Assembly (NCBI GenBank): GCA_950097015.1
Contig: CATNEN010000024.1
Span: 682,001 to 746,000 of the forward strand
Origin: Macrostomum hystrix
Lineage: Eukaryota > Animalia > Platyhelminthes
Reading direction: 5' to 3'
Length of the DNA stretch: 64,000 nt
The position numbers and the translations under genes are program-made. Positions within the stretch are counted from its first letter, which is position 1. Every line of letters starts with the position of its first letter. The notes below the pieces were generated by a model, which saw only the letters and a list, made by a program, of their open reading frames with translations, was not told the DNA's origin and did no database searches. Positions 1 through 10,270 of this stretch are shown in pieces.

Positions 1-485
1 TGCATTCCTATATCTAGGGAACTGCCGCGCACTGCCCGATGCGTTAGTCCCCCATCCGTAAACTTTAGTCTCCTCCTAGTCTTTAATCTCTTTTTTTCTG
101 TCTTCCTCATCTTTCTAAATTTTCAAACGTTTCATTTCTCTCCGAGGACTTTGCACACAGGAGGAGCAAGCCAGAAAACATCCTTAAACTAAATTTTGAG
201 GTTAACTTATTAATAAATCTATCTTTTTTATTTCGGCTCCTGCAAAGCGGCGAGTGATTAAGTCTCGAAAAAAAATTAAAGAAACCCAACTGTTTCTTTG
301 ATAAAACGCCTTCATCGATCGTTTGCCAACTAGCTGTGATTCATTTCTCTATTTCTTGTCTGTTCCAATAAAATTCTCAAGTTTCAATTAAAAAAAGGCA
401 ACTAAAAGCTTCCAAAAGATTCCAAGCCTGCGTTTTTTGATTAGTTTGTGCTTGCCTAATTTACTTGACAAATAATTAAAAGCGA

Positions 486-582
486 ATGACAAGCTCGCCA
501 CAGCAGACACAACCGTCGCCGGTGCCAAAGTTGGCAGCCGTTACGCCTCTTGGCGGCGAGGGCGACCCAGCCGATGTCACTG
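486..582 (+). CDS. Candidate upstream coding exon of the Egl-like gene (MTSSPQQTQPSPVPKLAAVTPLGGEGDPADVT)
   Basis: ATG at 486 and a strong donor G|GTGAGT at 583 (phase 1). The acceptor ttgcag|AC at 2996/2997 puts it in frame with ATG 3050 (D-AKSCLSYLKSREVFLYK-MMGD). Confidence 0.45.
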
Positions 583-707
583 GTGAGTCGGCGAGCCGCC
601 AGACTGTTCTGGCCACAACTCTAACCTGGGATAGAGCGAGCACAATTTTACTCCCCTGTCACACAAACACTGAGGATGAAATTTTTCTATTTAAGCTGAC
701 ACCCAGG

Positions 708-1320
708 TTGAGATTTGTTGCATCTGAACACACATTGAGTGTGAGATTTGATGTGGCTAAACAGACACTGAGGGTGAGATTTGATGTGGCTAAACAGACA
801 CTGAGGGTGAGATTTGATGTGGCTAAACAGACACTGAGGGTGAGATTTGATGTGGCTAAACAGACACTGAGGGTGAGATTTGATGTGGCTAAACGGACAC
901 TGAGGGTGAGATTTGATGTGACTAAACAGACACTAAGGATAAGATTTGATGTGGCTAAACGGACACTGAGGGTGAGATTTGATGTGGCTAAACGGACACT
1001 GAGGGTGAGATTTCATGTGACTAAACAGACACTAAGGATAAGATTTGATGTGACTAAATGGACACTGAGGGTGAGATTTGATGCGTCTGAACAGACACTG
1101 AGGGTGAGATTTGATGCGTCTGAACAGACACTGAGGGTGAGATTTTTTGCATCTGAACAGACATTGAGTGTGAGATTTGATGTGGCTAAACAGACACTGA
1201 GGGTGAGATTTGATGTGGCTAAACGGACACTGAGGGTGAGATTTGATGTGACTAAACAGACACTAAGGATAAGATTTGATGTGGCTAAACGGACACTGAG
1301 GGTGAGATTTGATGTGTCCA
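708..1320. repeat. Minisatellite, 33-bp unit (GTGAGATTTGATGTGGCTAAACAGACACTGAGG)
   Basis: About 18 tandem units seen directly. Confidence 0.95.
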
Positions 1321-1825
1321 AATACTTCACTGATATACCGCAGATTTGGCAAGTAGTCGATTTTTTGCTAACACGCAAATGTGTTACCAATGAAGCAACC
1401 AATTATGAAGAAAATTCCTTGGCGAAGTTTTCTTCAGCTATCGGCTTCGACAAAAAATTCTATCTAGATAATGATAAGCAAGGGAGGCAAAAATGGTAAA
1501 AGAAAGCATCGGACTGGCAAAGAGTTTAAAAAAATAAATTTAACCGTCATGAAGGGATTGTTATCATTTGACTGAAAGGCTGGACCTAGTTACGAACTTG
1601 TGTTACACGATGTTTCTGGAAAGCTAATTAACTCGAGTTATAGATAAGAAAGTTAAAGAGGCTAGCAGATCTTCGGAATCGCTAAGTAATTGGGGATGCA
1701 CCGGGACTGTTTTCTATTATTTGGTAAGATGGATTTCCGTAGTTTGTCAGTTTTCTCTAATGAGAACTTTTCATTTCTTAATGCGTCTATTCTAGAACTG
1801 AAAATCAAAGCATTTGTAAGGATAA

Positions 1826-2790
1826 TTGGGGATTTACGTGCTTGTGCCATAGATTAGGGGGATAAGTGAGGATATTTGAGGACTCATCTGCTTCTCCCAA
1901 TGCTTTGGGCAGATAATTGAGGATGTTTGAGGACTCACCTGCTTCTCCCAATGCTTTAGGGGGATAATTGAGAATATTTGAGGACTCACCTGCTTCTCCC
2001 AATGCTTTGGGAAGATAATTGAGGATATTTGAGGACTCATCTGCTTCTCCCAATGCTTTGGGCAGATAATTGAGGATATTTGAGGACTCACCTGCTTCTC
2101 CCAATGCTTTGGGCAGATAATTGAGGATATTTGAGGACTCACCTGCTTCTCCCAATGCTTTAGGCAGATAATTGAGGATATTTGAGGACTCATCTGCTTC
2201 TCCCAATGCTTTGGGAAGATAATTGAGGATATTTGAGGACTCACCTGCTTCTCCCAATGCTTTGGGCAGATAATTGAGGATGTTTGAGGACTCACCTGCT
2301 TCTCCCAATGCTTTAGGGGGATAATTGAGAATATTTGAGGACTCACCTGCTTCTCCCAATGCTTTGGGAAGATAATTGAGGATATTTGAGGACTCACCTG
2401 CTTCTCCCAATGCTTTGGGCAGATAATTGAGGATATTTGAGGACTCACCTGCTTCTCCCAATGCTTTAGGCAGATAATTGAGGATATTTGAGGACTCACC
2501 TGATTCTCCCAATGCTTTAGGCAGATAATTGAGGATATTTGAGGACTCATCTGATTCTCCCAATGCTTTGGGCAGATAATTGAGGATATTTGAGGACTCA
2601 CCTGCTTCTCCCAATGCTTTGGGCAGATAATTGAGGATATTTGAGGACTCACCTGCTTCTCCCAATGCTTTAGGCAGATAATTGAGGATATTTGAGGACT
2701 CACCTGCTTCTCCCAATGCTTTAGGCAGATAATTGAGGATATTTGAGGACTCATCTGATTCTCCCAATGCTTTGGGGGGATGACTGAGGA
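1826..2790. repeat. Minisatellite, 51-bp unit (…GGCAGATAATTGAGGATATTTGAGGACTCACCTGCTTCTCCCAATGCT…)
   Basis: About 18-19 units. Confidence 0.95.
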
Positions 2791-3049
2791 TTTTTAGGGA
2801 CTCAAATACGTATCCTAAGGATCAGGGTATTAATAGGGATATCCGGAATTGATCTGCTTATCCCAATAATAAGTGAGATGACCGATGATATTTACGCTCG
2901 TAGAATCTCTAGAATTCCTCAGTTTATTGAAGGAATCAGTGAAGAAAGCTGCAATTATGACGTCATTAGTCTGCCGCATCTAAAATGCCGTTGCAGACGC
3001 CAAGTCGTGCTTATCCTATTTAAAATCGCGCGAGGTTTTCCTCTACAAA

Positions 3050-3800
3050 ATGATGGGCGACCCGGCGCACCGTTCTATGCTCTACTTCCTGGAGGTGCTG
3101 ATGAATGTCGACTCGCCAGAGGGTGTCAGGCTGACGGCATTGTCGCAGCATTTCCACAGTAGGCACTTTACTCAGGACATGCGAGATGCCGTCGCATCGT
3201 CCGGCGGTTTGAAGCCGTTCCTACAGAAATATCCCTCACTGTTCCGCGTCAATGGCGAGTCTGTCTCCGCTGTGAGTCTTGACGGCGGCGGCGGCGGCAT
3301 TCAAGGCGCTCTGTCGAATATCAGCGATTCGGCTTCAACTTCAGCTGCGCCAACCCCGGCCAGTCAGACAAACTCCGCAGCCGCAGCCGCCGCGGCACAG
3401 GCTGCCGCAGCTGCAGCCGCAGCGGCCGCTTCTGTTAGCCGTTCGTCGCAGCATCATCACAACGGCGGCCGGCGAGATTCCATCGGTTCCAACAACTCCG
3501 GCAGGTCTGGCTCCGATGCAGCCGCGGCCGCTTTTCATTCTGTAGGCTGCGCCGATCCGCTGGACTTTGCTCGCGAAACGGAAGCCGTCAGATTCTTCCA
3601 GACCCGGCTCAGCCGTCGGGAGGATCGCTGGGTGCCAATCAAAAGTCTGGCCGGCCATCTCAGTCAGGCTCCGCCGGAGATTCGAGCCGTGGTTGGCCCG
3701 CAGGCTGAGTTCGCCCGCTTCCTGGCTAGGCACAGGCATGTGTTTGAGATTCAGGGCGAGCTGGTTGGCCTAAGGGACACGTTCGCAGCTCAGTGTTTGA

Positions 3801-3836
<36 letters not shown>

Positions 3837-4001
3837 GCTCTCAGAGGCACCATCAGCAGCAGCAGCAGCAGCAGCAGTTGCAATCTAAATCTAGAGGCGG
3901 AGGCGGAATCGGAGGCGGGCTTCATCATTCTCAGTCGGCTCGCATGGCTCGGCCTAAGAGTCTGGTGATGCCCAGCTGCTCTGGAGATCAGCGCAGCTCA
4001 G
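3050..4001 (+). CDS. Egl-like gene exon (WH domains 1-2, poly-A/G/Q tracts); may start at 2997
   Basis: ORF 3050; donor CAG|GTTTG at 4002. Confidence 0.85.
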
Positions 4002-6728
4002 GTTTGTTGTCTGTTTTTTAATCATTTTTGCTTCTGACTTCTCACCGAGAGGTCAGGCGTTCGAATCCCAGCCCAAGGACGAACCATCGGCGTCCTTTAG
4101 TTCATACATTTAAGTCCCTAGTGCTTCAGCTCTCTCAGCTTTAAAATGGGTACCAGCAAGAAACTTTAGTTAGAAACTTTGGGTGTGTGTTCGTAGCGGA
4201 CTAAGCAGTTTTTACTCAACCTTTTTACTGTGAGGCGGGAATACTCGAAAAAACAATCTTAAAATGAGAACTCAAGATCCCAAAATATTAAGTCAGAATC
4301 CCAAAATTAAACTCAGGAAGCCTTCGTTTAAACACAGCACCATTTAACTAAAACTCAGAATTCCTAAGTCATGACTCAGAATTCCTAAATCATGACTCAG
4401 AATTCCTAAATCATGACTCAGAATTCCTAAATCATGACTCAGAATTCCTAAATCATGACTCAGAATTCATAAATCATGACTCAGAATTCCGAAATCATGA
4501 CTCTGAATTCCTAAATCATGACTCAGAATTCCTAAATCATGACTCAGAATTCCTAAGTCATGACTCAGAATTCCTAAGTCATGACTCAGAATTCCTAAAT
4601 CATGACTCAGAATTCCTAAATCATGACTCAGAATTCATAATATTTGTGCTCGGGATCACAAAATCAAAGTTATAAGATGGCCATTCACGCGCAGGCAAAT
4701 CCTTGCCTACAACGCCAACTTCAACTGGAGGCGGCAGCGCCAGCGGCGGCCTGTCGAGCGTCGTCGGCGGCGTCAGCGGCGGTCCCGTCAGCATGACAGC
4801 TGCCGAGTACAAGACTGTGATGTTTCTGCGCAAAGTATTGGAGCGTAAGGGCGGCCTGCTCTCAATCCCGCAGCTATTCTCCGTGCTATCCAGGTGTGTG
4901 AAGGCTAGCCTAATAAGGGGCGCTTATCTGGCTCCGGTATTATGCGCAAGCGGCTCTCTACAAGAAATCAGAAACAAAAAGAGCCGGGCCTCTAGGGCGC
5001 GCCCCGCGAATAAACAATGGGAAATTGTTAAGGGCCAAGTAAAGATCACGTGGGATCTAGATTTCAGTTTGGTAGGTATTGGCCTATTTTGCCGTCTCTC
5101 TGATCCGCTTCTGCCACAGTGTAAGGCCTGGCATTCCTGCGTTCCTCTCTCTCTCTGTCTACCTTCCTCTCGAAGCTGCACAGTTCGGTTACCTATAGTA
5201 GTGTGACTATAGCAGACATTCCTTTTTCGGAGTGGAAGGGTAAATGTCGCCTGCACTTTTTCTCTCGCCTGAGGATGAATCAAAGAATACCAGAGGGCTC
5301 TTTTCCTCGGAAAATGCGGAGCGGAGCGGAGAGGGCGGAGCGGAGCGGAGAGGGCGGAGCGGAGCGGAGAGGGCGGAGCGGAGCGGAGAGGGCGGAGCGG
5401 AGCGGAGAGGGCGGAGCGGAGCGGAGAGGGCGGAGCGGAGCGGAGAGGGCGGAGCGGAGCGGAGAGGGCGGAGCGGAGCGGAGAGGGCGGAGCGGAGCGG
5501 AGAGGGCGGAGCGGAGCGGAGAGGGCGGAGCGGAGCGGAGAGGGCGGAGCGGAGCGGAGAGGGCGGAGCGGAGCGGAGAGGGCGGAGCGGAGCGGAGAGG
5601 GCGGAGCGGAGCGGAGAGGGCGGAGCGGAGAGGGCGGAGCGGAGCGGAGCGGAGAGGGCGGAGCGGAGAGGGCGGAGCGGAGCGGAGAGGGCGGAGTGGA
5701 GCGGAGAGGGCGGAGCTGGCATCTGTCACTCTCTGTCTGTCACCCAATCAGATCGGGCGAAGGCGCTGAGCAGGCGCGCAACCTGATTGGCTGGACGCAG
5801 ATCGAGCTGGAGGAATTCCTGCGCAAGCAGTCTCTATTCTTCGACATTCATCCGGCAGACGGCTCGGTGTCCTGCAGGCGCGCCCAGAAGCTCAACATTA
5901 TCATCACGGGCGGCCGGCGGTCCAACCGCGACGGAAAGTCGGGCGGCTCGTCGATCAGCGACCAAACTGCGCCAAGGACGTTGACCAATCGTCGGGGCAG
6001 GGTGTTCCACTGCGCCCGCCTGTGGGGCATTATTGACCTTGGCCGGCACGAGCACGTGTTCTTTGATAAGTCAATATTTAAACACGTTGACGATCTGCAA
6101 AAGCATTTCAAGGTAAATTCATCGCAGATTATTTTTCTCAGTTCTAAATCCCAAGTTTCTAATGACTATCATTAACTAATCGCGTCTGCAGGTGAACGAA
6201 GTTCTCTACTTCAACGCTATTCTGGCGCCGAAGGAAAGTCGCGCCAAATGGCGCGCCACCCAGGTTTGGAAGGAGGCCGACCGGGCCGTCATGGAGCGCC
6301 TGTCCGGCGGCGCTCTGGCAGCCGCGGCGGCAGCAGCTGCTGGCAAAAGTCCCCTGGGCCTGGAGCCCTGCCTTGAGTTGGCCGACGATATAAAATTCCT
6401 GTCCGACATTGACGAGACCGAGCTCCGTCGCGTCCTGCAGGACGATGTCGACAGCCGGACCAGCAGCTCGGTGCCCTCGCCGGTGCTAACTCCGGACCTG
6501 TCCGATGGAAAAGATGATCTGCCTAGTGCTCAGCAGCAGCAGCAGTTTCCGTCTTCGCTGCTTCCGGCCTCAGCCGGTGCGGGCGGCGGCGGCGGCATCT
6601 GCGCCCGTTGTCAGGCGCCAACCACGCCGGCTACCGCCAACGGCGGTCGCAAGTTGATGATCTCCATGGCAACGCAGACGCTAAGCACGGGAGAAATTAT
6701 GGCTACTCATATATTTCACGATCCGTAG
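3050..6728 (+). CDS. Spliced gene, join(3050..4001,4695..4893,5752..6112,6192..6728), 682 aa. Three Egalitarian N-terminal-type winged-helix/LOTUS-like domains + OB/cold-shock-like domain; probable RNA-binding protein (LIN-66/Egl-like architecture, no exonuclease).
   Basis: All three introns are GT-AG with continuous phase (1, 2, 0). 'MLYFLEVL...HFTQDMRDAVASSGGLKPFLQKYPSLFRV' and 'AVRFFQTRL...VPIKSLAGHLSQAPPEIRAVVG' resemble the Drosophila Egl N-terminal repeats as I recall them. 'GRVFHCARLWGIIDLGRHEHVFFDKSIF' looks like an OB/CSD RNP-like fold. Family assignment is from memory, not a search. Confidence 0.85.
4030..4165 (+). mobile_element. tRNA-derived SINE-like fragment
   Basis: B box GTTCGAATCC at 4059-4068; downstream GCTTCAGCTCTCTCAGCTTTAAAATGGGTACC resembles a CORE-type SINE central domain. 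Confidence 0.5.
4352..4640. repeat. Minisatellite, 21-bp unit (TCATGACTCAGAATTCCTAAA)
   Basis: About 13 units in an intron of the Egl-like gene. Confidence 0.95.
4695..4893 (+). CDS. Egl-like gene exon (start of WH domain 3)
   Basis: Acceptor gcgcag| at 4694; donor CAG|GTGTG at 4894; phase 1 to 2. Confidence 0.85.
5314..5716. repeat. G-rich minisatellite, 19-bp unit (GGAGCGGAGCGGAGAGGGC)
   Basis: About 21 units; intronic. Confidence 0.95.
5752..6112 (+). CDS. Egl-like gene exon (end of WH3, OB/CSD-like domain)
   Basis: Acceptor aatcag| at 5751; donor AAG|GTAAAT at 6113; phase 2 to 0. Confidence 0.85.
6192..6728 (+). CDS. Egl-like gene last coding exon
   Basis: Acceptor ctgcag| at 6191; TAG at 6726-6728; AATAAA at 6759. 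Confidence 0.85.
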   Translation: MNEVLYFNAILAPKESRAKWRATQVWKEADRAVMERLSGGALAAAAAAAAGKSPLGLEPCLELADDIKFLSDIDETELRRVLQDDVDSRTSSSVPSPVLTPDLSDGKDDLPSAQQQQQFPSSLLPASAGAGGGGGICARCQAPTTPATANGGRKLMISMATQTLSTGEIMATHIFHDP

Positions 6729-8564
6729 ATTTGATGCCCTGGCTTTGTTATAATGGTAAATAAATTTCCGGATTTCAGCTTTCGGTATAACAAAGATAAT
6801 AGCAAACTGGCTTTAAAATCTGCTTTTTTATAACAATATAGCAGTAACTACAGCGGATTATTTCTTTCTATTCGTTTAATATAACGCTCTTGTTTTTATA
6901 TAATTCCTCATTTTATCAGCTATCAGTTTAGTCTGTTGCTTTTTTGTACTTTTTGTGTGTACCTTTAACTTAAAAAAAACTTTATTTTGCTGCAAAGTTC
7001 TCCTCCACACATGAATCTACTTTAAGCACAGTCTTCTGTTATTTATGTTAACTTTCATTATGGAAAGTTATTCATTTAAATTTTCTAAATCGTTTTAAAT
7101 TTACAAATTAGTTTCTTCTCTAATGCACATATTGTTTTAGTAATGTAATACTATTAAATATATATTTGTACAATGTATTATTTATAAATTAAATGATCTT
7201 GTTGTCTCGCCTGCATGATATTCATTATTTCTTGGTGTTTTTTTACCTTTGTTTTGTTGTTTTTCAACCAACGGATTTTTAAGGCCGATTTTAAACTAAA
7301 AAATGTCATATCATATTTTGAATATGTGCAATGAGACCATGGTTCTTTTTTGCAAGCCTTTACTGAACAACTAAGTTATAAATTACTATTAGCCTTACAT
7401 TTTGAAATCCCAGCTTACCTTTCAGCAGCTTACAATGTTATTAAATTGTTTAAATAATTGATTGATTTAGCTGTGTTTTGACAGCATTTTCATGTTCACA
7501 TGTAACAGCTGCATATGTACATATGTTACTACTGTCGCATATACTACTGCACACTATTCGCGCTTTCTTACTTACACTCTTCCCTTCAGCTTGACCAGAA
7601 ACATATGTTACTACTCTCTGTGGTTCAAGAATGCCTTTTTATTATCGATAAATGAAAAACTTATTTTAGAAGACAAGAAAGTAGGTTTGGCCATAGAATT
7701 ATCTCATTGCTGTTGGCTATTTTATATAGCGAAAAATCCAGTGATTCCCGTTACGCACTACTGCCACAGTTTACTCAGTAGTGTCATAAGTAGAGTGTTC
7801 ATCTTAAATTTAATCTCTTATCTCTGTGCTTGTTTGATTAACTTTTTTCATGTTTGTAATTTTATACACTGCTGCCTACTATTCTAAGTAGTGTAAACTG
7901 CCCACCACAATCAAAACTATGCTCTGATCTCGCCAAAAAATAACTTTTTGCAACCCTCTCTTCTGAACACTTTTGCACAAATGTTTGTTCATAATCGTCA
8001 TGGTTTTAGGGAACGTAAATCGTATTCATTTATTTTATTTTACATGAGAGCTCCTTGTTATTTAGTTGTTTATCAAACGGAATTCGTTAATCTGCTGATT
8101 GCCATTGTCCTGTAATTTCAATGTCGATCTTTTGTTGCAATAATCTGAGCTAGAGTTAAAAACAAAGTTTTATCACAATTCTTCTTTTAATCACGGATCT
8201 GCTTCCATTTGCTGTTTTTTTTGCACTTTTATCGTTATTGCAGTTTTTTCTGAGTAGCTTTTCGGCCACACATATGTCTGAAAGAAAGTAACCTTCTTAT
8301 TTTCGGCTTCGGAACAATGCAATAAATATATTTGATTGTGTGTTAGTGTATCAGATATTTACTACTTACTGCAAGTAGTTTGTACGCTTCATTTCTAAGC
8401 GCAGAGTGTGCAAGTGCGCTGGTTCAAATAAATACGTTTTTTGCCAAATTTCTCGAAACTTGAGTCAATATACACTGCCTCAAGGCAGGAAACGATTGTG
8501 CTCATTTCTTTAATTTAATTTATCTCCCACACAAACACTACCAGGTCTGCTAACAACACAGATC

Positions 8565-9185
8565 CTAAGTGAATCAATCGACATCCCAGATCCTCAGATG
8601 ACTCAATCGACATCCCAGATCCTGAGATGACTCAATCGACATCCCAGATCCTGAGATGACTCAATCGACATCCCAGATCCTCAGATGACTCAATCGACAT
8701 CCCAGATCCTGAGATGACTCAATCGACATCCCAGATCCTCAGATGACTCAATCGACATCCCAGATCCTGAGATGACTCAATCGACATCCCAGATCCTCAG
8801 ATGACTCAACCAAAATCCCAGATCCTCAGATGACTCAGTCGACATCCCAGATCCTCAGATGACTCAATCGACATCCCAGATCCTCAGATGACTCAGTCGA
8901 CATGCCAGATCCTCAGATGACTCAATCGACATCTCAGATCCTTAAGATGACTCAACCAAAATCCCAGATCCTCAGATGACTCAGTCGACATCCTAGATCC
9001 TCAGATGACTCAACCAAAATCCCAGATCCTCAGATGACTCAATCGACATCCCAGATCCTCAGATGACTCAATCGACATCCCAGATCCTGAGATGACTCAA
9101 TCGACATCCCAGATCCTCAGATGACTCAACCAAAATCCCAGATCCTCAGATGACTCAATCGACATCCCAGATCCTAAGATGACCT
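8565..9185. repeat. Minisatellite, 29-bp unit (GATCCTCAGATGACTCAATCGACATCCCA)
   Basis: About 21 units; intergenic. Confidence 0.95.
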
Positions 9186-9994
9186 TTTTGATTCAATTAA
9201 TATTCGAGATGCTGCAGCAGCTGGATGCAGAACTTGTCAGTTTAGTGCTTTTATTTCTGAGTTCAAAAGCTCTGTGTTGATCCTCTTTATCGCCGAGAAG
9301 AAGGGATAATGTATCTTAACTCCCACAATCCCTTGGGATCGGGTAGTAGAAGGATTTAGCGCTAGATGTAGATAAGCTCGAGGTCCGTCGTCTTAGAGGC
9401 GTTTTAGACACGGCTGGTTCATCCTTCTCCTGTCTTTGCACTTTTTAAGGCTCAAGCTATACTTGCCACAATCAGGACTTGTTTCTCCTACCTCTAGCCC
9501 CACTCCTCTCTGATCCCATCTCTCTGTCTGTGCTCCTCGAGCTGCTCATCCTCACAGAACCGCCTCCCACGCGTCCCAGTGTGTGTGTTGAGTAGGCCTT
9601 CTCCTTGTCTTCTTTTTGCTTGGGTCTCACTCCAGCTAGGAAAACTATCTTTGCAACTAATATTTGGATTGAAACAAATCAACAGGTTCTCGATACATAT
9701 TTAAGAATTCTAGAGTTCTTATGCCAATGGATTATTCATTCCGCGAGCCGAACTCGGAAAAAGGTTGCAAGGATTAATTGCGAGACGAAAGAGAAGGACG
9801 AAAATTGGCAGGGAAGGAGGGGAGAAATATGCCAAGCGAGGCAGGTCTGTAGACCCTAGCTCAGCCTTGAGTAGGTGAGAGCAGCCTTGAGAGCTGAGAC
9901 TGACAGAGAAGACCTCTTCGAAAAATGGGTCGGAGAGAGAGAAGGGAAGGGGAGCGGAGGATGTGGCCAGGCTGCCAAGGTTCGGGGAAGGTCC

Positions 9995-10200
9995 CTCTTT
10001 ATCCGGGCGGGCCAATGACATTGTCGAGAGGCGAGCGCTGAGGGCGGAGCCTCTCTGCATTGCCCGGAGGGGATTTCGGGTGAGACCCGAGAGACAGACA
10101 GACAGAAAGACAGCGAAGTGGGAAAAATATGCAGGGGAAGGTGCGGAACGGAGTGGGATGCTGGGCGGGCGGGGCGCCGTATTACATCTCAACGCGGCTC
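9995..10200 (+). promoter_or_regulatory. Probable FBXL16 proximal promoter (GC boxes + CCAAT)
   Basis: CCGGGCGGGCCAATG at about 10002-10016, GAGGGCGGAGC at about 10040 and GGGCGGGCGGGGCG at about 10164, all upstream of the ATG. Confidence 0.4.
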
Positions 10201-10270
10201 GCTAAATCAGTTTCGAAGGCCGAGCCCTGAAATAAAAATCAAGCCAGCAAAGATTTCCACACCGCCAGCA

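Noticed and set aside
486-2767. 337-aa, 320-aa and 306-aa repetitive ORFs
   Set aside because: Translations of the 33-bp and 51-bp arrays; only 486-582 is exon-like
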